Source: an uncultured Oscillospiraceae bacterium
Lineage (GTDB): Bacteria > Bacillota > Clostridia > Oscillospirales > Oscillospiraceae
Direction: 5' to 3'
Length of the DNA: 63,008 bases
Assembly: GCA_964562265.1 (NCBI GenBank)
Contig: CAZLSN010000001.1
Coordinates: forward strand, 1-63,008
Shown here: piece by piece, positions 1 through 9,319 of the stretch
Numbering within the stretch: position 1 is the stretch's first letter
How the letters are laid out: every line of letters starts with the position of its first letter
The notes under the pieces: generated by a model
Seen by the model: only the letters and a program-made list of their open reading frames with translations
The model's database searches: none
What the model was told of the DNA's origin: nothing
Position numbers and translations under genes: made by a program

Positions 1-1095
1 TACGCCGCCGACGATCTCACCGTTTTCATCGACCTTGAACCAATAGGGCTTGGCACCCGCCTGAACCTCGACTGCGGTGCAAAGCTTGTCGATATTCTTC
101 CTCGTCATGTCGCAGTCGGTGACGACTATCGCCTTGACGGTGCCCTCGTCAAAGGGAGCAAAGCCGCTGTCTGTGCAAAGGTCGCTGATGTCCTTTACTT
201 CGAGGTCAATACGGAGGTCGGGCTTATCGGTGCCGTACTTTTCCATCGCTTCCTCAAAGGGAATGCGGCGGAAGGGGGCGGAGGATGCTATGTTATAAGT
301 ACCGTACTTTGCAAAAACGGGAGGCAGAACATCCTCAATGACGGAGAAAACATCCTCCTGAGTGGCGAATGCCATTTCCATATCGAGCTGATAGAACTCA
401 CCGGGGCTGCGGTCGCCTCTTGCGTCCTCGTCACGGAAGCAGGGCGCAATCTGGAAGTAGCGGTCGAAGCCGGAGGTCATGAGAAGCTGCTTAAACTGCT
501 GAGGTGCCTGCGGCAGTGCATAGAACTTGCCGGGGTGCTTTCTTGCGGGGACAAGATAGTCTCTCGCACCCTCGGGGCTGGAGGCTGTGAGTATCGGTGT
601 GGTGATCTCAAGGAAGCCGTGCTCCGTCATAGCCTGACGCAGTGCCGCAACGACGTTGCAGCGAAGCACGATGTTCTTCTTGACCGCAGGATTCCTGAGG
701 TCGAGATAGCGATACTTGAGTCTTGCGGTTTCGTCTGCATCCAAGCTGCGGTTGATCTCAAAGGGCAGCTCATTATAGCGGCAGCGGCCGAGCACCTCGA
801 TCTTCTCGGGGACGACCTCAATGTCACCGGTGGGGAGCTTGGGATTCTTACTGTCACGCTCACGTACCTTGCCCTCAACGGAAATTGTACTTTCCTTGTT
901 GAGACCCTTTACGATCTTCATCATGTCCTCGGACTCGATGACGATCTGGGAGGTACCGTAAAAGTCACGCAGAACGACGAAGGCAAAGTTGTTGCCGACC
1001 TCACGGACGTTTTCCATCCAGCCTACGAGCTTTACGCTTTCGCCTGCGTTTTCGATCCTCAGCTCACCGCAGTTATGTGTACGCATCTGTGTCAT
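1..1095 (-). CDS. aspS: Aspartyl-tRNA synthetase, N-terminal ~365 aa (gene continues past the window start)
   Basis: Absent from the ORF track because it runs off the window. My own minus-strand translation from ATG 1095 gives MTQMRTHNCGELRIENAGESVKLVGWMENVREVGNNFAFVVLRDFYG...FYALPQAPQQFKQLLM...QIAPCFRDEDARGDR (OB-fold domain plus class II core motifs). It starts 1 nt after the hisS stop, the classic hisS-aspS pair. Confidence 0.9.
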   Translation of the reverse strand, partial: MTQMRTHNCGELRIENAGESVKLVGWMENVREVGNNFAFVVLRDFYGTSQIVIESEDMMKIVKGLNKESTISVEGKVRERDSKNPKLPTGDIEVVPEKIEVLGRCRYNELPFEINRSLDADETARLKYRYLDLRNPAVKKNIVLRCNVVAALRQAMTEHGFLEITTPILTASSPEGARDYLVPARKHPGKFYALPQAPQQFKQLLMTSGFDRYFQIAPCFRDEDARGDRSPGEFYQLDMEMAFATQEDVFSVIEDVLPPVFAKYGTYNIASSAPFRRIPFEEAMEKYGTDKPDLRIDLEVKDISDLCTDSGFAPFDEGTVKAIVVTDCDMTRKNIDKLCTAVEVQAGAKPYWFKVDENGEIVGGV

Positions 1096-1096
1096 A

Positions 1097-2458
1097 TCAT
1101 TTATCCTCCTTGATAACGGGGATAGAGCTTAGCCTCTCGGTTTCCTTTGCTATGAGCTCGGCGGCATCTTTAATGCCGAGCATACTCTGTTCTCCCGACT
1201 TCATATCCTTTAGCGACACCGTGCCGCTTTTTATCTCATCCTCACCGATGAAGATCACATAGGGAACGGCGATCTTATCGGCATAGCTCATCTTTGCCTT
1301 GAACTTTTTCTTCTCGCAATAGATCTGTGTACGGATACCGGCATCTCTGAGCACGGTAGCGGAGGCTATTGCACAGGAAGGGTCCTCGGTCATGGGAATG
1401 ACCAGAACATCCGCAGGAGCGGTCACCGTCTCATCGGACAAAAGACCCTGCTCATTGAGAACGTAGAAAAGCCTTGTCAGACCTATAGATATACCGACAC
1501 CGGGGAGTGAACGGTCGGTGTAGTACTCGGCAAGATTATCGTACCTGCCACCGGAGCAGACGGAGCCTATCTCCGGATGATCGAGCATTTCCGTCTCATA
1601 CACCGTACCGGTGTAGTAGTCAAGCCCTCTTGCGATGGAAAGGTCGATCGCAAAATTCTCCTCCGGAACTCCGAAGTCGGAGAGATACTTGGTGACAGTC
1701 TCAAGCTCGGAAAGTCCGAGGTCGAAGGTCTCGTCCATGCCCTTGTAGCGGGAAAGCCCCTCCATGACCTCGGCAACGCTGCCGTTTATCGCCATGAAGT
1801 CCATAACATCGTCCGCCTTGTGGCTGAACATCTTCAGCTCATCCATAAGTATCCTGCGGACTGCGTTTGCGCCGATCTTGTCCATCTTGTCGATGGCATG
1901 CATAATATCCTGAGCCTTTTCGCTCATACCGGCAAGTGAGAAGAAGCCGTTTAAGAGCTTGCGGTTGTTGACCTTTATCTTAAAGCGACTAAGTCCCAGC
2001 TCCGTAAAGCTGCGGTAGATTATCGCCGGTATCTCGGCTTCGTTTATGATGTCGAGCTTGCCGTCGCCTATGATGTCTATATCCGCCTGATAAAACTCAC
2101 GGAAGCGGCCTCGCTGCGCCCTTTCGCCTCTGTACACCTTGCCGATCTGATAGCGGCGGAAGGGGAAGGAGAGCTTTGCGTAATTCAGTGCCACATACTT
2201 TGCCAGAGGAACGGTGAGATCGAAGCGCAGCGCAAGATCGCTGTCACCCTTTGAAAAGCGGTATATCTGCTTTTCGGTCTCACCGCCGCCCTTTGCAAGC
2301 AGCACCTCCGCCGACTCGATAACGGGGGTGTCGAGGGGGGTGAAGCCGTAGAGCGAATAGCAGCGGGAGAGGGTGTCCTTCATCTTCTCCATTTTCATCT
2401 GGGGAGCGGGAAGCAGCTCCATAAAGCCCGATAGGGTGCGGGGTTCGATTTTACTCAT
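1097..2458 (-). CDS. hisS: Histidyl-tRNA synthetase
   Basis: ORF 1097..2539 carries class II HisRS motifs (FRRYQIGKVYRGERAQRGRFREFYQADIDIIG, GGRYDNL). Start trimmed to ATG 2458 (MSKIEPRTLSGF...) because the first 27 ORF residues are Arg/Pro-rich and look non-coding. Confidence 0.93.
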   Translation of the reverse strand: MSKIEPRTLSGFMELLPAPQMKMEKMKDTLSRCYSLYGFTPLDTPVIESAEVLLAKGGGETEKQIYRFSKGDSDLALRFDLTVPLAKYVALNYAKLSFPFRRYQIGKVYRGERAQRGRFREFYQADIDIIGDGKLDIINEAEIPAIIYRSFTELGLSRFKIKVNNRKLLNGFFSLAGMSEKAQDIMHAIDKMDKIGANAVRRILMDELKMFSHKADDVMDFMAINGSVAEVMEGLSRYKGMDETFDLGLSELETVTKYLSDFGVPEENFAIDLSIARGLDYYTGTVYETEMLDHPEIGSVCSGGRYDNLAEYYTDRSLPGVGISIGLTRLFYVLNEQGLLSDETVTAPADVLVIPMTEDPSCAIASATVLRDAGIRTQIYCEKKKFKAKMSYADKIAVPYVIFIGEDEIKSGTVSLKDMKSGEQSMLGIKDAAELIAKETERLSSIPVIKEDK

Positions 2459-2611
2459 ATTGTTCCAATCTGCCGCCTTTGTCGTCGTTACCGGTGCGGC
2501 ATCCCCCGTGCGGCACTGAGGGCGCAGCCGATAGCGCAAATTAGTAATACTTTAAAATGCTGCCGAAAGCGGTTTTGTCGTCGGCAGCATTATATTCTCT
2601 TTTGCGTGGGC

Positions 2612-3016
2612 TTATCTGCGTTTGGGATTTACGATATTGCGCCAATCGAGGTCGCCTCGGCGCAGACCCTGAACAAGCACCTCGGCCGTTGCCGCATTGG
2701 TGGCAAAGGGTATCTGATACTGATCGCACAGACGCTCGATCCTGTTAATATCGTCAAAGCCGTTGGGGTTTGCGTGATCGCAGAAGAACAGCACGAGGTC
2801 GATCTCGTTGTAGGCGATCCTTGCGCCTATCTGCTGCGCTCCGCCCTGATCCGCATGCATATACAGGGTGACCGGAAGACCCGTTGCTTCGGATACGAGC
2901 TTGCCCGTTGTGTTGGTAGCACAGACCGAATGCTCGGCAAGAATACCGCAATAGGCTATACAAAACTGAACCATCAGTTCTTTTTTTCTGTCGTGTGCCA
3001 TGAGTGCAATATTCAT
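2612..3016 (-). CDS. mgsA: Methylglyoxal synthase
   Basis: MNIALMAHDRKKELMVQF...TGLPVTLYMHADQGGAQQIG matches the MGS fold. GGAGGA lies 5 nt upstream of ATG 3016, and the ORF's upstream ATG at 3034 has no RBS. Confidence 0.88.
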   Translation of the reverse strand: MNIALMAHDRKKELMVQFCIAYCGILAEHSVCATNTTGKLVSEATGLPVTLYMHADQGGAQQIGARIAYNEIDLVLFFCDHANPNGFDDINRIERLCDQYQIPFATNAATAEVLVQGLRRGDLDWRNIVNPKRR

Positions 3017-3064
3017 AGTTATCCTCCGTTGCAATGATATTTCGCCGTTTCTTGATAATGGACT

Positions 3065-3093
3065 ATTATATACATTTTTTCGGCGTGTTTCAA
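3065..3093 (-). promoter_or_regulatory. Sigma-A type promoter for mgsA (TTGAAA-17 nt-TATAAT)
   Basis: Minus strand reads TTGAAA(3093-3088) cacgccgaaaaaatgta TATAAT(3070-3065), about 50 nt upstream of the mgsA ATG in the PBP2-mgsA spacer. Confidence 0.6.
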
Positions 3094-3106
3094 TGTTTTT
3101 ATCAGA

Positions 3107-5197
3107 TTATTTTAAAAGTTTGCCTTCCGTCTCGGTGACATCGGTGGCGGTCTGGATGCTGAAGTAGGCCTCGAGTATCTCACGGGCAATAGGTGCGCCG
3201 TTTGAACCGGCACTGCCTTCCTCGACCACGACGGCTATGGCTATTTCGGGGTCTTCAAAGGGGGCGTAGCAGATGAAAATACTGTCGTTTAAGAGCTTGC
3301 CCTTCTGTGCCGTGCCGGTCTTTGCGGCAACGGACGATGCCGTGTAGCCGCGGAACGCACTGTATGCGGAGCCTATGGGATCGTTTGCGACAAGGTACAT
3401 GCCTTGGTGGATGGCATCCCAATTGTACTGCTCAAGCTCGACGGTGCTTAAGATCTCGTCCTCCCGCTCGTAAATGTTGTCACTGTAGTCGAAGCTTCTG
3501 ACGCTCTTGAGAATAGAGGCGGAGTGGCGAACGCCGCTGTTTGCGACGGTGGCACAGTATTCCGCAAGCTGGAGCGGGGTGAAAACGCTGTCCGACTGAC
3601 CGATAGCGGCCTGCATTGCGTCACCTGCCGTCCAGACTTCGCCGACCAGCTCAAAGTGGTTGTCGGGATTGGACATGTTGCCGGTGCTTTCGGGAAGCTC
3701 GATGCCGGTGCTTTCGCCCAGACCGAGAAGCGCGGCGTACTCTGCCATGTTGTTTATGCCGGTATTAAGGCCGGTATCGTAGAAGAAGATGTTGCAGGAG
3801 TCCTTAAGAGCATCGACAAGATTTTCGTCGCCGTGGCCATAGTGGTTCCAGCACTGAGGGGCGTAGCCCTCTGCCTCGTAGCGGTCGTACTTACCTTCGC
3901 AGTTTACGACCGTTGCGGTGCTGATTATTTTTTCCGACAGAGCGGCTATCGCCGTTGCGGGCTTAAAGGTGGAGCCGGGAGCGTAAACGCCCTGAAGCGC
4001 ACGGTTAAACAGCGGATTGGTGGGATCGGAAATAAGCTCCGAATAGTTCTCCAGCAGCTCTGCCGCACTGTAGGTCGGGCAGCTTGCGATGGCAAGCGGC
4101 TCACCGGTTTTTACATCGACGACTACTACTGCGGCACCTGCCTTGGATTCCTTGGGCTCGGAGCCTTCGGGAATATCGCCGTCCTCCTCCTGCTGCTGCC
4201 TTATCTTTTCACGGATCTGAGCGACACCGTTTTGCAGGGCACGCTCCGTTATCTCCTGAAGCTGACTGTCTATCGTGAGGTAGACATTGTTGCCGGGGAC
4301 GGGTTCTTTTATATACTCCGTGCTGACAACGGTGCCGTCGGGGGCGGTTGTCGTCTGAACGACACCGTTTGTACCATGCAGATACTTTTCAAAGGCAAGC
4401 TCCGCACCCTCCTGACCGACCTTGGTATCGGCAGCGTAGCCCATGTTGATGACATAGGTCTCATACTGATCGTTGCTTATCCAGTTGACATAGCCGAGAA
4501 TGTGCGAGGCGTATTCGGTGTTGTATTCACGGACATAGGATTCCTTTATGCTGACACCGACGACATTGTTTTCGAGTATCTGCGATATGAGCTCCATATC
4601 GGCATCCTCGACGAAAACATAGTCCGAGGTATTTATAAGGTAGCGGACATTGACCGCATAGCGGACTGCGATTATGGCTCTCGCTTCTTCGGCGGAGTAG
4701 TTGGAATCGACGCTGTACCTCGTGTGCATATCGGACAGCACCTCGACGGCGCTTGCGTTTGCATCGAGGCCTCGGTTTGCCTTGTACTTATCGAGCCTCG
4801 CCTTATCGACCGACGACATCTCCGTATATTCAAACGGAGGCTGCTTTGTTATCGGCAGATCGTCGATATAATCATCGCCGTACTCACGCACCATGTTTAT
4901 AAGCTCGAGTATGACGGCATTGGAATCAACACTGTTATCCGAAGGAAACAGCTCGTTTATGTTGATCGTAAGATTGTAGCAGGACTTGTTCGTGACGAGA
5001 ACACGACCGTAGCGGTCGAGAATGTTTCCTCTTGCGGCGACGACCGTGGAGGTCGTTGTCGTGAAGTTGCGGCTCTCCTCGTAATACGCCTTGCCCTCGA
5101 TGATCTGGAGATTATACAGGGCAACGAGGTATATGATGAGCAGCAGCGCAAGCACCGAGGCAAGCACGATTATCCTGTCTTTTTTGATAGTTCTCAT
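3107..5197 (-). CDS. mrdA: Penicillin-binding protein 2 (class B transpeptidase, elongasome)
   Basis: 696 aa with an N-terminal membrane anchor. Transpeptidase motifs are STFK (APGSTFKPATA), SCN (KDSCNIFF) and KTG (AAKTGTAQ). It lies directly after mreC-mreD. Confidence 0.9.
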   Translation of the reverse strand: MRTIKKDRIIVLASVLALLLIIYLVALYNLQIIEGKAYYEESRNFTTTTSTVVAARGNILDRYGRVLVTNKSCYNLTININELFPSDNSVDSNAVILELINMVREYGDDYIDDLPITKQPPFEYTEMSSVDKARLDKYKANRGLDANASAVEVLSDMHTRYSVDSNYSAEEARAIIAVRYAVNVRYLINTSDYVFVEDADMELISQILENNVVGVSIKESYVREYNTEYASHILGYVNWISNDQYETYVINMGYAADTKVGQEGAELAFEKYLHGTNGVVQTTTAPDGTVVSTEYIKEPVPGNNVYLTIDSQLQEITERALQNGVAQIREKIRQQQEEDGDIPEGSEPKESKAGAAVVVVDVKTGEPLAIASCPTYSAAELLENYSELISDPTNPLFNRALQGVYAPGSTFKPATAIAALSEKIISTATVVNCEGKYDRYEAEGYAPQCWNHYGHGDENLVDALKDSCNIFFYDTGLNTGINNMAEYAALLGLGESTGIELPESTGNMSNPDNHFELVGEVWTAGDAMQAAIGQSDSVFTPLQLAEYCATVANSGVRHSASILKSVRSFDYSDNIYEREDEILSTVELEQYNWDAIHQGMYLVANDPIGSAYSAFRGYTASSVAAKTGTAQKGKLLNDSIFICYAPFEDPEIAIAVVVEEGSAGSNGAPIAREILEAYFSIQTATDVTETEGKLLK

Positions 5198-5208
5198 AGG
5201 GGATCCTC

Positions 5209-5703
5209 TTATTTGTGTCTGAACGGAAGGTAAAGTACGGCAGCGGGGATGAGTGACAGCAGAGTTTGGATAAGTGCCGTCAATAAAGCGGGGAAGAGTT
5301 CCGCACCGTCAAATATGACGACGGACAGCATCTGCACCAGCGAGGTCAGCAGTATCGCCGCAGCAGAGAATACGAAAAATGCGAAGAAGCTCTTGTTGAT
5401 ATAGAACATGGATGCAAGTCCTGCGGCAAAGCCGACGACGGGGAAGACGATCGTGAACAGCACGACATTTTCGGAAAAGCTCATATCGGCAAAAAGACCG
5501 AGAAACAGCCCGAAGACCGCACCTTTAACGCCGTCCGAGTATATTCCCGCAGCTACTGCCGCGGCGGGAAGTATCAGTCCCCTGTAGCCGAAGATGCTCA
5601 AACGGGAAAAGAGCAGGCTTTGCAGGAACATGGCGAGGATTATATATACCGCAAAGGTCAAAATGCTTCGCAGCGTTTTCCATTCGATAAAACGATTAAG
5701 CAC
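5209..5703 (-). CDS. mreD: Rod shape-determining protein MreD
   Basis: 164-aa polytopic membrane protein immediately downstream of mreC. Confidence 0.8.
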   Translation of the reverse strand: MLNRFIEWKTLRSILTFAVYIILAMFLQSLLFSRLSIFGYRGLILPAAAVAAGIYSDGVKGAVFGLFLGLFADMSFSENVVLFTIVFPVVGFAAGLASMFYINKSFFAFFVFSAAAILLTSLVQMLSVVIFDGAELFPALLTALIQTLLSLIPAAVLYLPFRHK

Positions 5704-6546
5704 TTATTCCACCACTTCAAAATCTTTTACGATGAATACCTGAACGAGAGAGTCGAGGTCGCAGCCGGGCTTCACGAGACCGTACTCGATCTGACCGCCC
5801 GCCTCCGCCTTGACGGATTCGATGGTGCCGATGACCAGCCCCTGCGGGAAGGCACCGCCCGATCCGGAGGTAACTACCTCGTCGCCGGTGAATATCTGAG
5901 TGCCGCCGGCAAGGTAGGTGAGCTTGGCGTAGCCATCCTGCATGAGGGCGAAGTCACCGACGACAAGTCCGGAGCTGCCGTTGTTGGAGACGAAGGCACC
6001 GATGTCGGTATTGATGTCGATAACGGTGCTGACCACCGCCCATGAGGAGCCGAGCTCGGTTATCTGACCGACAAGGACGCCGTACTCCGTGATAACGCAG
6101 TCACCGACCTCTATGCCGGCATCGGAGCCCTTGCTTATGGTGAAGGAGTGCGCCCAGTTGGATGACGACCACGAGACGATCTTTGCCGATTCGAGCTTCA
6201 TGTCGCTGTGCTTTTTCGCAAAGCCGAGAAGATTGCGCAGTCTTTCGTTTTCTTCGACTGCCGCCTTGCCGTCTTTTGCATCCTGCTGCGCTTCGGCAAG
6301 CTCGGAGCGAAGTCTTTCGTTGTCGGCTTTAAGCTCATCGTATTCGTACACATAGCCGTATACACCCTCGAGCCATTCGCTCAGGGAGCTGACTATCCTC
6401 TGCACGGGGGCCTTCACGGCACCGGTGAGATTTGTCAAGATGCCGGCATTGCCGTGGAGAAAGTATGCGCCGACGCCGGCGATCAGGGCAATGACAAACA
6501 CGATGACGCCGAGCTTTATGCCGTTTTTCTTGAGATATTGCTTCAT
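5704..6546 (-). CDS. mreC: Rod shape-determining protein MreC
   Basis: 280 aa with a single N-terminal TM, a coiled coil (ELKADNERLRSELAEAQQDAKD) and a Gly-rich beta C-domain (VVTSGSGGAFPQGLVIGTI). Confidence 0.88.
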   Translation of the reverse strand: MKQYLKKNGIKLGVIVFVIALIAGVGAYFLHGNAGILTNLTGAVKAPVQRIVSSLSEWLEGVYGYVYEYDELKADNERLRSELAEAQQDAKDGKAAVEENERLRNLLGFAKKHSDMKLESAKIVSWSSSNWAHSFTISKGSDAGIEVGDCVITEYGVLVGQITELGSSWAVVSTVIDINTDIGAFVSNNGSSGLVVGDFALMQDGYAKLTYLAGGTQIFTGDEVVTSGSGGAFPQGLVIGTIESVKAEAGGQIEYGLVKPGCDLDSLVQVFIVKDFEVVE

Positions 6547-7109
6547 AACAGCTCTACTCCCATTGTTTTAAGCATTCTGTCCAGCCTGCACAGGGGCAGA
6601 CCCATGACATTGTAATAGTCACCGCTTATGCCCTCGATGAATCTTGCCGCCTTGCCCTGGATGCCGTAGGCTCCCGCCTTGTCGAGCGGGTCACCGGTGG
6701 CGATGTAGGCGGCTATCTCGGCATCCGTAAGCTCACGGAAGCGCACCGAGGTCTCCTCGGCACCGCAAAGCATCTCGTCACCGCATGCAAGGCACAGTCC
6801 GGTATAGACCTTGTGGGTCTTGCCGGAGAGCTTTGAAAGCATTTCTTTTGCCGCTTCCTCATTCTTCGGCTTTCCGAGTATCTCCCCATCAAGGCTCACG
6901 ACGGTATCCGCCGCAATGACGAGAGCATCACGGTGATCTGCCGCGACTTCCGCTGCCTTCTGCCTTGCCAGTGATCGCACGGTCTCTCTGGGTGAAAGCC
7001 CCGCCTTCACCTTTTCTTCACCGACCGCGGGACAAATATCAAATTCAAGACCCAGCATCTCAAGAAGCTCTTTTCTTCTCGGAGAGCCGGATGCGAGTAT
7101 CAGTTTCAT
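6543..7109 (-). CDS. maf: Maf-like nucleoside triphosphate pyrophosphatase (septum formation protein)
   Basis: LILASGSPRRKELLEMLGL...AGAYGIQG. The ORF track start at 7118 is a TTG, so the ATG at 7109 (MKLILASGSPRR) is preferred. Confidence 0.88.
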   Translation of the reverse strand: MKLILASGSPRRKELLEMLGLEFDICPAVGEEKVKAGLSPRETVRSLARQKAAEVAADHRDALVIAADTVVSLDGEILGKPKNEEAAKEMLSKLSGKTHKVYTGLCLACGDEMLCGAEETSVRFRELTDAEIAAYIATGDPLDKAGAYGIQGKAARFIEGISGDYYNVMGLPLCRLDRMLKTMGVELL

Positions 7110-7110
7110 T

Positions 7111-9201
7111 TTAATCAACGCCTCTGTAATATAATCCTCTTGTCAGAACATTGGGCTTATAGCTGCCTATGCCCTTGTAGCACTTGGCTATTTCCGTGAC
7201 CTCTCTTGCGCTTTCGGTCGTGAACAAAAGACGCATGCCCCAAAGTCCCGCCGAGTAAAGGTCTTCCTTCTTGTCCGCCATAAAGAGCTTGTGAGCATTG
7301 TATATCGCATTGCGATGCTCATACTCACGCACGATGGGGAACATGGAACCCTTCCTGTCGGAAAGCATGACACCGCTCTGGCAGTTGCACTTGCCGAAGG
7401 CATGGCTCACAACGCACTGATCCGAGACCATGAGCGGGAGTCTGCCGTAGACTATGAGCTCGGTGTCAATGCACTTTTGCATGTCACGCACCTGAGCGAG
7501 CCTCAGCTCAAAGGATGCGGTGGCGGAGAGGAAGCGAAGCTTCGACAAAAGCTCCAGATTGTATGCGTTAAAGACATTCATGCCGAAGTCCGCACGAAGC
7601 TGCATGTTCGCCTGAAGTGCCATGGAGACATGGCCGATGTTGCCGACGAGAGCCTCACGGATGCCCCATGTGTACAGTGCGTTGAGCATGTTTGAAATAT
7701 CGGCACGGCGATCGTCGGTTATGACCCTCGGCAGCACGGCAACGACAACGCAGCCGTTATCCCTGAAAGGCTTCACCGCGGAGAAGTTTTCGTAAAGCTC
7801 CGTCACGGGGACATAGATGTAATCGGGTTTAAGATCCGCAAGCTCCGGAGAAAGCTGCTCCGCCTTGAGGACATGATATATCGTCACGGGGTCGCTTATC
7901 GGCGCAACGCCCTTGGGGGATACCGGCATGGGCAGCCTTCTGCGCTGCGGTGCCGACGCTCTCTTTTCGGTAAGCTCCGAGAGCAGCCTGCGGCGAAGCT
8001 CATTCACGGACGACGCATTCAAAAACAGACCCGGCTGAACACGGCTTTGCACCTCGGTGCAGGAATAGGGGGTGCCGCCCGTCTTGCGCATCTGACGGTT
8101 GATGAACTCCTCGTCAACGGACTGGCGCACTGCGCCCTCCGGCTCCTTGCCGGCTACTATGACCTTGTTGCCGTCACAATCGACAGCGCCGACCTGAACG
8201 GCCTGCTTTGCGTTTATGACGGAGAATATTTTTATCGGTACCCGTCTTATCTCGGAATCGATGTAGCCCCGCCTTGCCTCGGCGAAAAGCTTCTCCGTCT
8301 CGGGGGAGGCGTTTTCGGGACGGGTGCCGAACATGTCGTTTCTGTCGCCGTCGAAGTAGCCCTGAGTGAATCCGTCACGGGAGAAGGCGGTTTCAAGCAT
8401 GCTCCATTCCTCGGCGGTGGGCTTCCTGTGCTCACGCAGGACATCGGCGTAGACCTTGGTCACGACTGCGGTGTACTCCGGCCGTTTCATACGGCCCTCG
8501 ATCTTTATGCAGGAGACTCCCGCTGCTTCGATCTCATCAAGCCTGTCGATAAGGCAATTGTCTTTGAGGGAAAGGGGATGGGGATCCTCCATCCTGCTGC
8601 CGAGACTGTATTCCATTCTGCAAGGCTGGGCGCACATGCCCCGGTTTCCGCTGCGGCGGCCGATGAGCGATGACATATAGCACTGCCCCGAATGTGAAAA
8701 GCACAGTGCGCCGTGGACGAAGATCTCCGTCTCGATGGGGGCGTTGCGGCTTATGTGGCGTATCTGATCTATACTCAGCTCTCGTGCAAGCACCGCACGG
8801 GTAAGTCCCATTGCAGCCGCTGCCTTAACACCGTCAAGACTGTGGATGCTCATCTGGGTGCTGGCGTGCAGGGGAATATCGGGCAGGGAACGCCTCAAAA
8901 CGGTGAGCAGACCGAGATCCTGAACGAGTATCGCGTCGGCACCGATCTCGGATGCAAGTCCCGCAGTGTCGAGGGCTGCCGCCATCTCCCTGTCCGAAAC
9001 GAGGGTGTTCATGGTGACATAGACCTTGCAGCCTCTAATGCGGCAATACCTGACCGCTTTTTCAAATTCGTCGGGGTCGAAATTCTTTGCGCCACGACGG
9101 GCGTTGAAATCGCCCAGACCCATATATATCGCATCCGCACCGTTCTGTACCGCGGCGATAACTGCCTCGGGAGAACCTGCGGGGGAAAGCAGTTCCAGCA
9201 T
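7111..9201 (-). CDS. Peptidase U32 family protein (long form, 696 aa)
   Basis: N-terminus MLELLSPAGSPEAVIAAVQNGADAIYMGLGDFNARR plus ...FVHGALCFSHSGQCYMSS...RSGNRGMCAQPCR, the typical U32 core. GGAGAGG RBS present. Confidence 0.85.
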   Translation of the reverse strand: MLELLSPAGSPEAVIAAVQNGADAIYMGLGDFNARRGAKNFDPDEFEKAVRYCRIRGCKVYVTMNTLVSDREMAAALDTAGLASEIGADAILVQDLGLLTVLRRSLPDIPLHASTQMSIHSLDGVKAAAAMGLTRAVLARELSIDQIRHISRNAPIETEIFVHGALCFSHSGQCYMSSLIGRRSGNRGMCAQPCRMEYSLGSRMEDPHPLSLKDNCLIDRLDEIEAAGVSCIKIEGRMKRPEYTAVVTKVYADVLREHRKPTAEEWSMLETAFSRDGFTQGYFDGDRNDMFGTRPENASPETEKLFAEARRGYIDSEIRRVPIKIFSVINAKQAVQVGAVDCDGNKVIVAGKEPEGAVRQSVDEEFINRQMRKTGGTPYSCTEVQSRVQPGLFLNASSVNELRRRLLSELTEKRASAPQRRRLPMPVSPKGVAPISDPVTIYHVLKAEQLSPELADLKPDYIYVPVTELYENFSAVKPFRDNGCVVVAVLPRVITDDRRADISNMLNALYTWGIREALVGNIGHVSMALQANMQLRADFGMNVFNAYNLELLSKLRFLSATASFELRLAQVRDMQKCIDTELIVYGRLPLMVSDQCVVSHAFGKCNCQSGVMLSDRKGSMFPIVREYEHRNAIYNAHKLFMADKKEDLYSAGLWGMRLLFTTESAREVTEIAKCYKGIGSYKPNVLTRGLYYRGVD

Positions 9202-9251
9202 AGATATACCTCTCCATCCTTAATAAACGAATTATAGCACACAAGTGGCTA

Positions 9252-9280
9252 TTGCTACAAGTCAAATTTAATGTTATAAT
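9252..9280 (+). promoter_or_regulatory. Sigma-A type promoter with extended -10 for the dnaD-like operon
   Basis: TTGCTA(9252-9257), 17-nt spacer, then TGtTATAAT (TATAAT 9275-9280), 40 nt upstream of the GTG start at 9320. Confidence 0.6.
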
Positions 9281-9319
9281 GTGTAACTGTGTAAACAATC
9301 TATGAAAGAGGTATAAGCG

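Noticed and set aside
2459-2611. T-box leader upstream of hisS-aspS.
   Set aside because: Only about 150 nt are available, partly taken by the mgsA terminator hairpin (2557-2590). No T-box consensus (AGGGUGGNACCGCG-like) or specifier/antiterminator architecture is visible by eye. An Rfam scan would settle it.
3524-5233. Long antisense ORFs opposite real genes. Examples: 3524-5233(+) 569 aa, 15632-17053(+) 473 aa, 19864-20991(+) 375 aa, 25358-26512(+) 384 aa, 12943-13902(-) 319 aa, 47758-48792(+) 344 aa, 53027-54580(-) 517 aa.
   Set aside because: Each lies opposite a CDS with clear family motifs. Their translations are Arg/Gly/Ala/Val-rich low-complexity strings typical of stop-poor antisense frames in GC-rich DNA. 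None has an RBS or recognisable domain.
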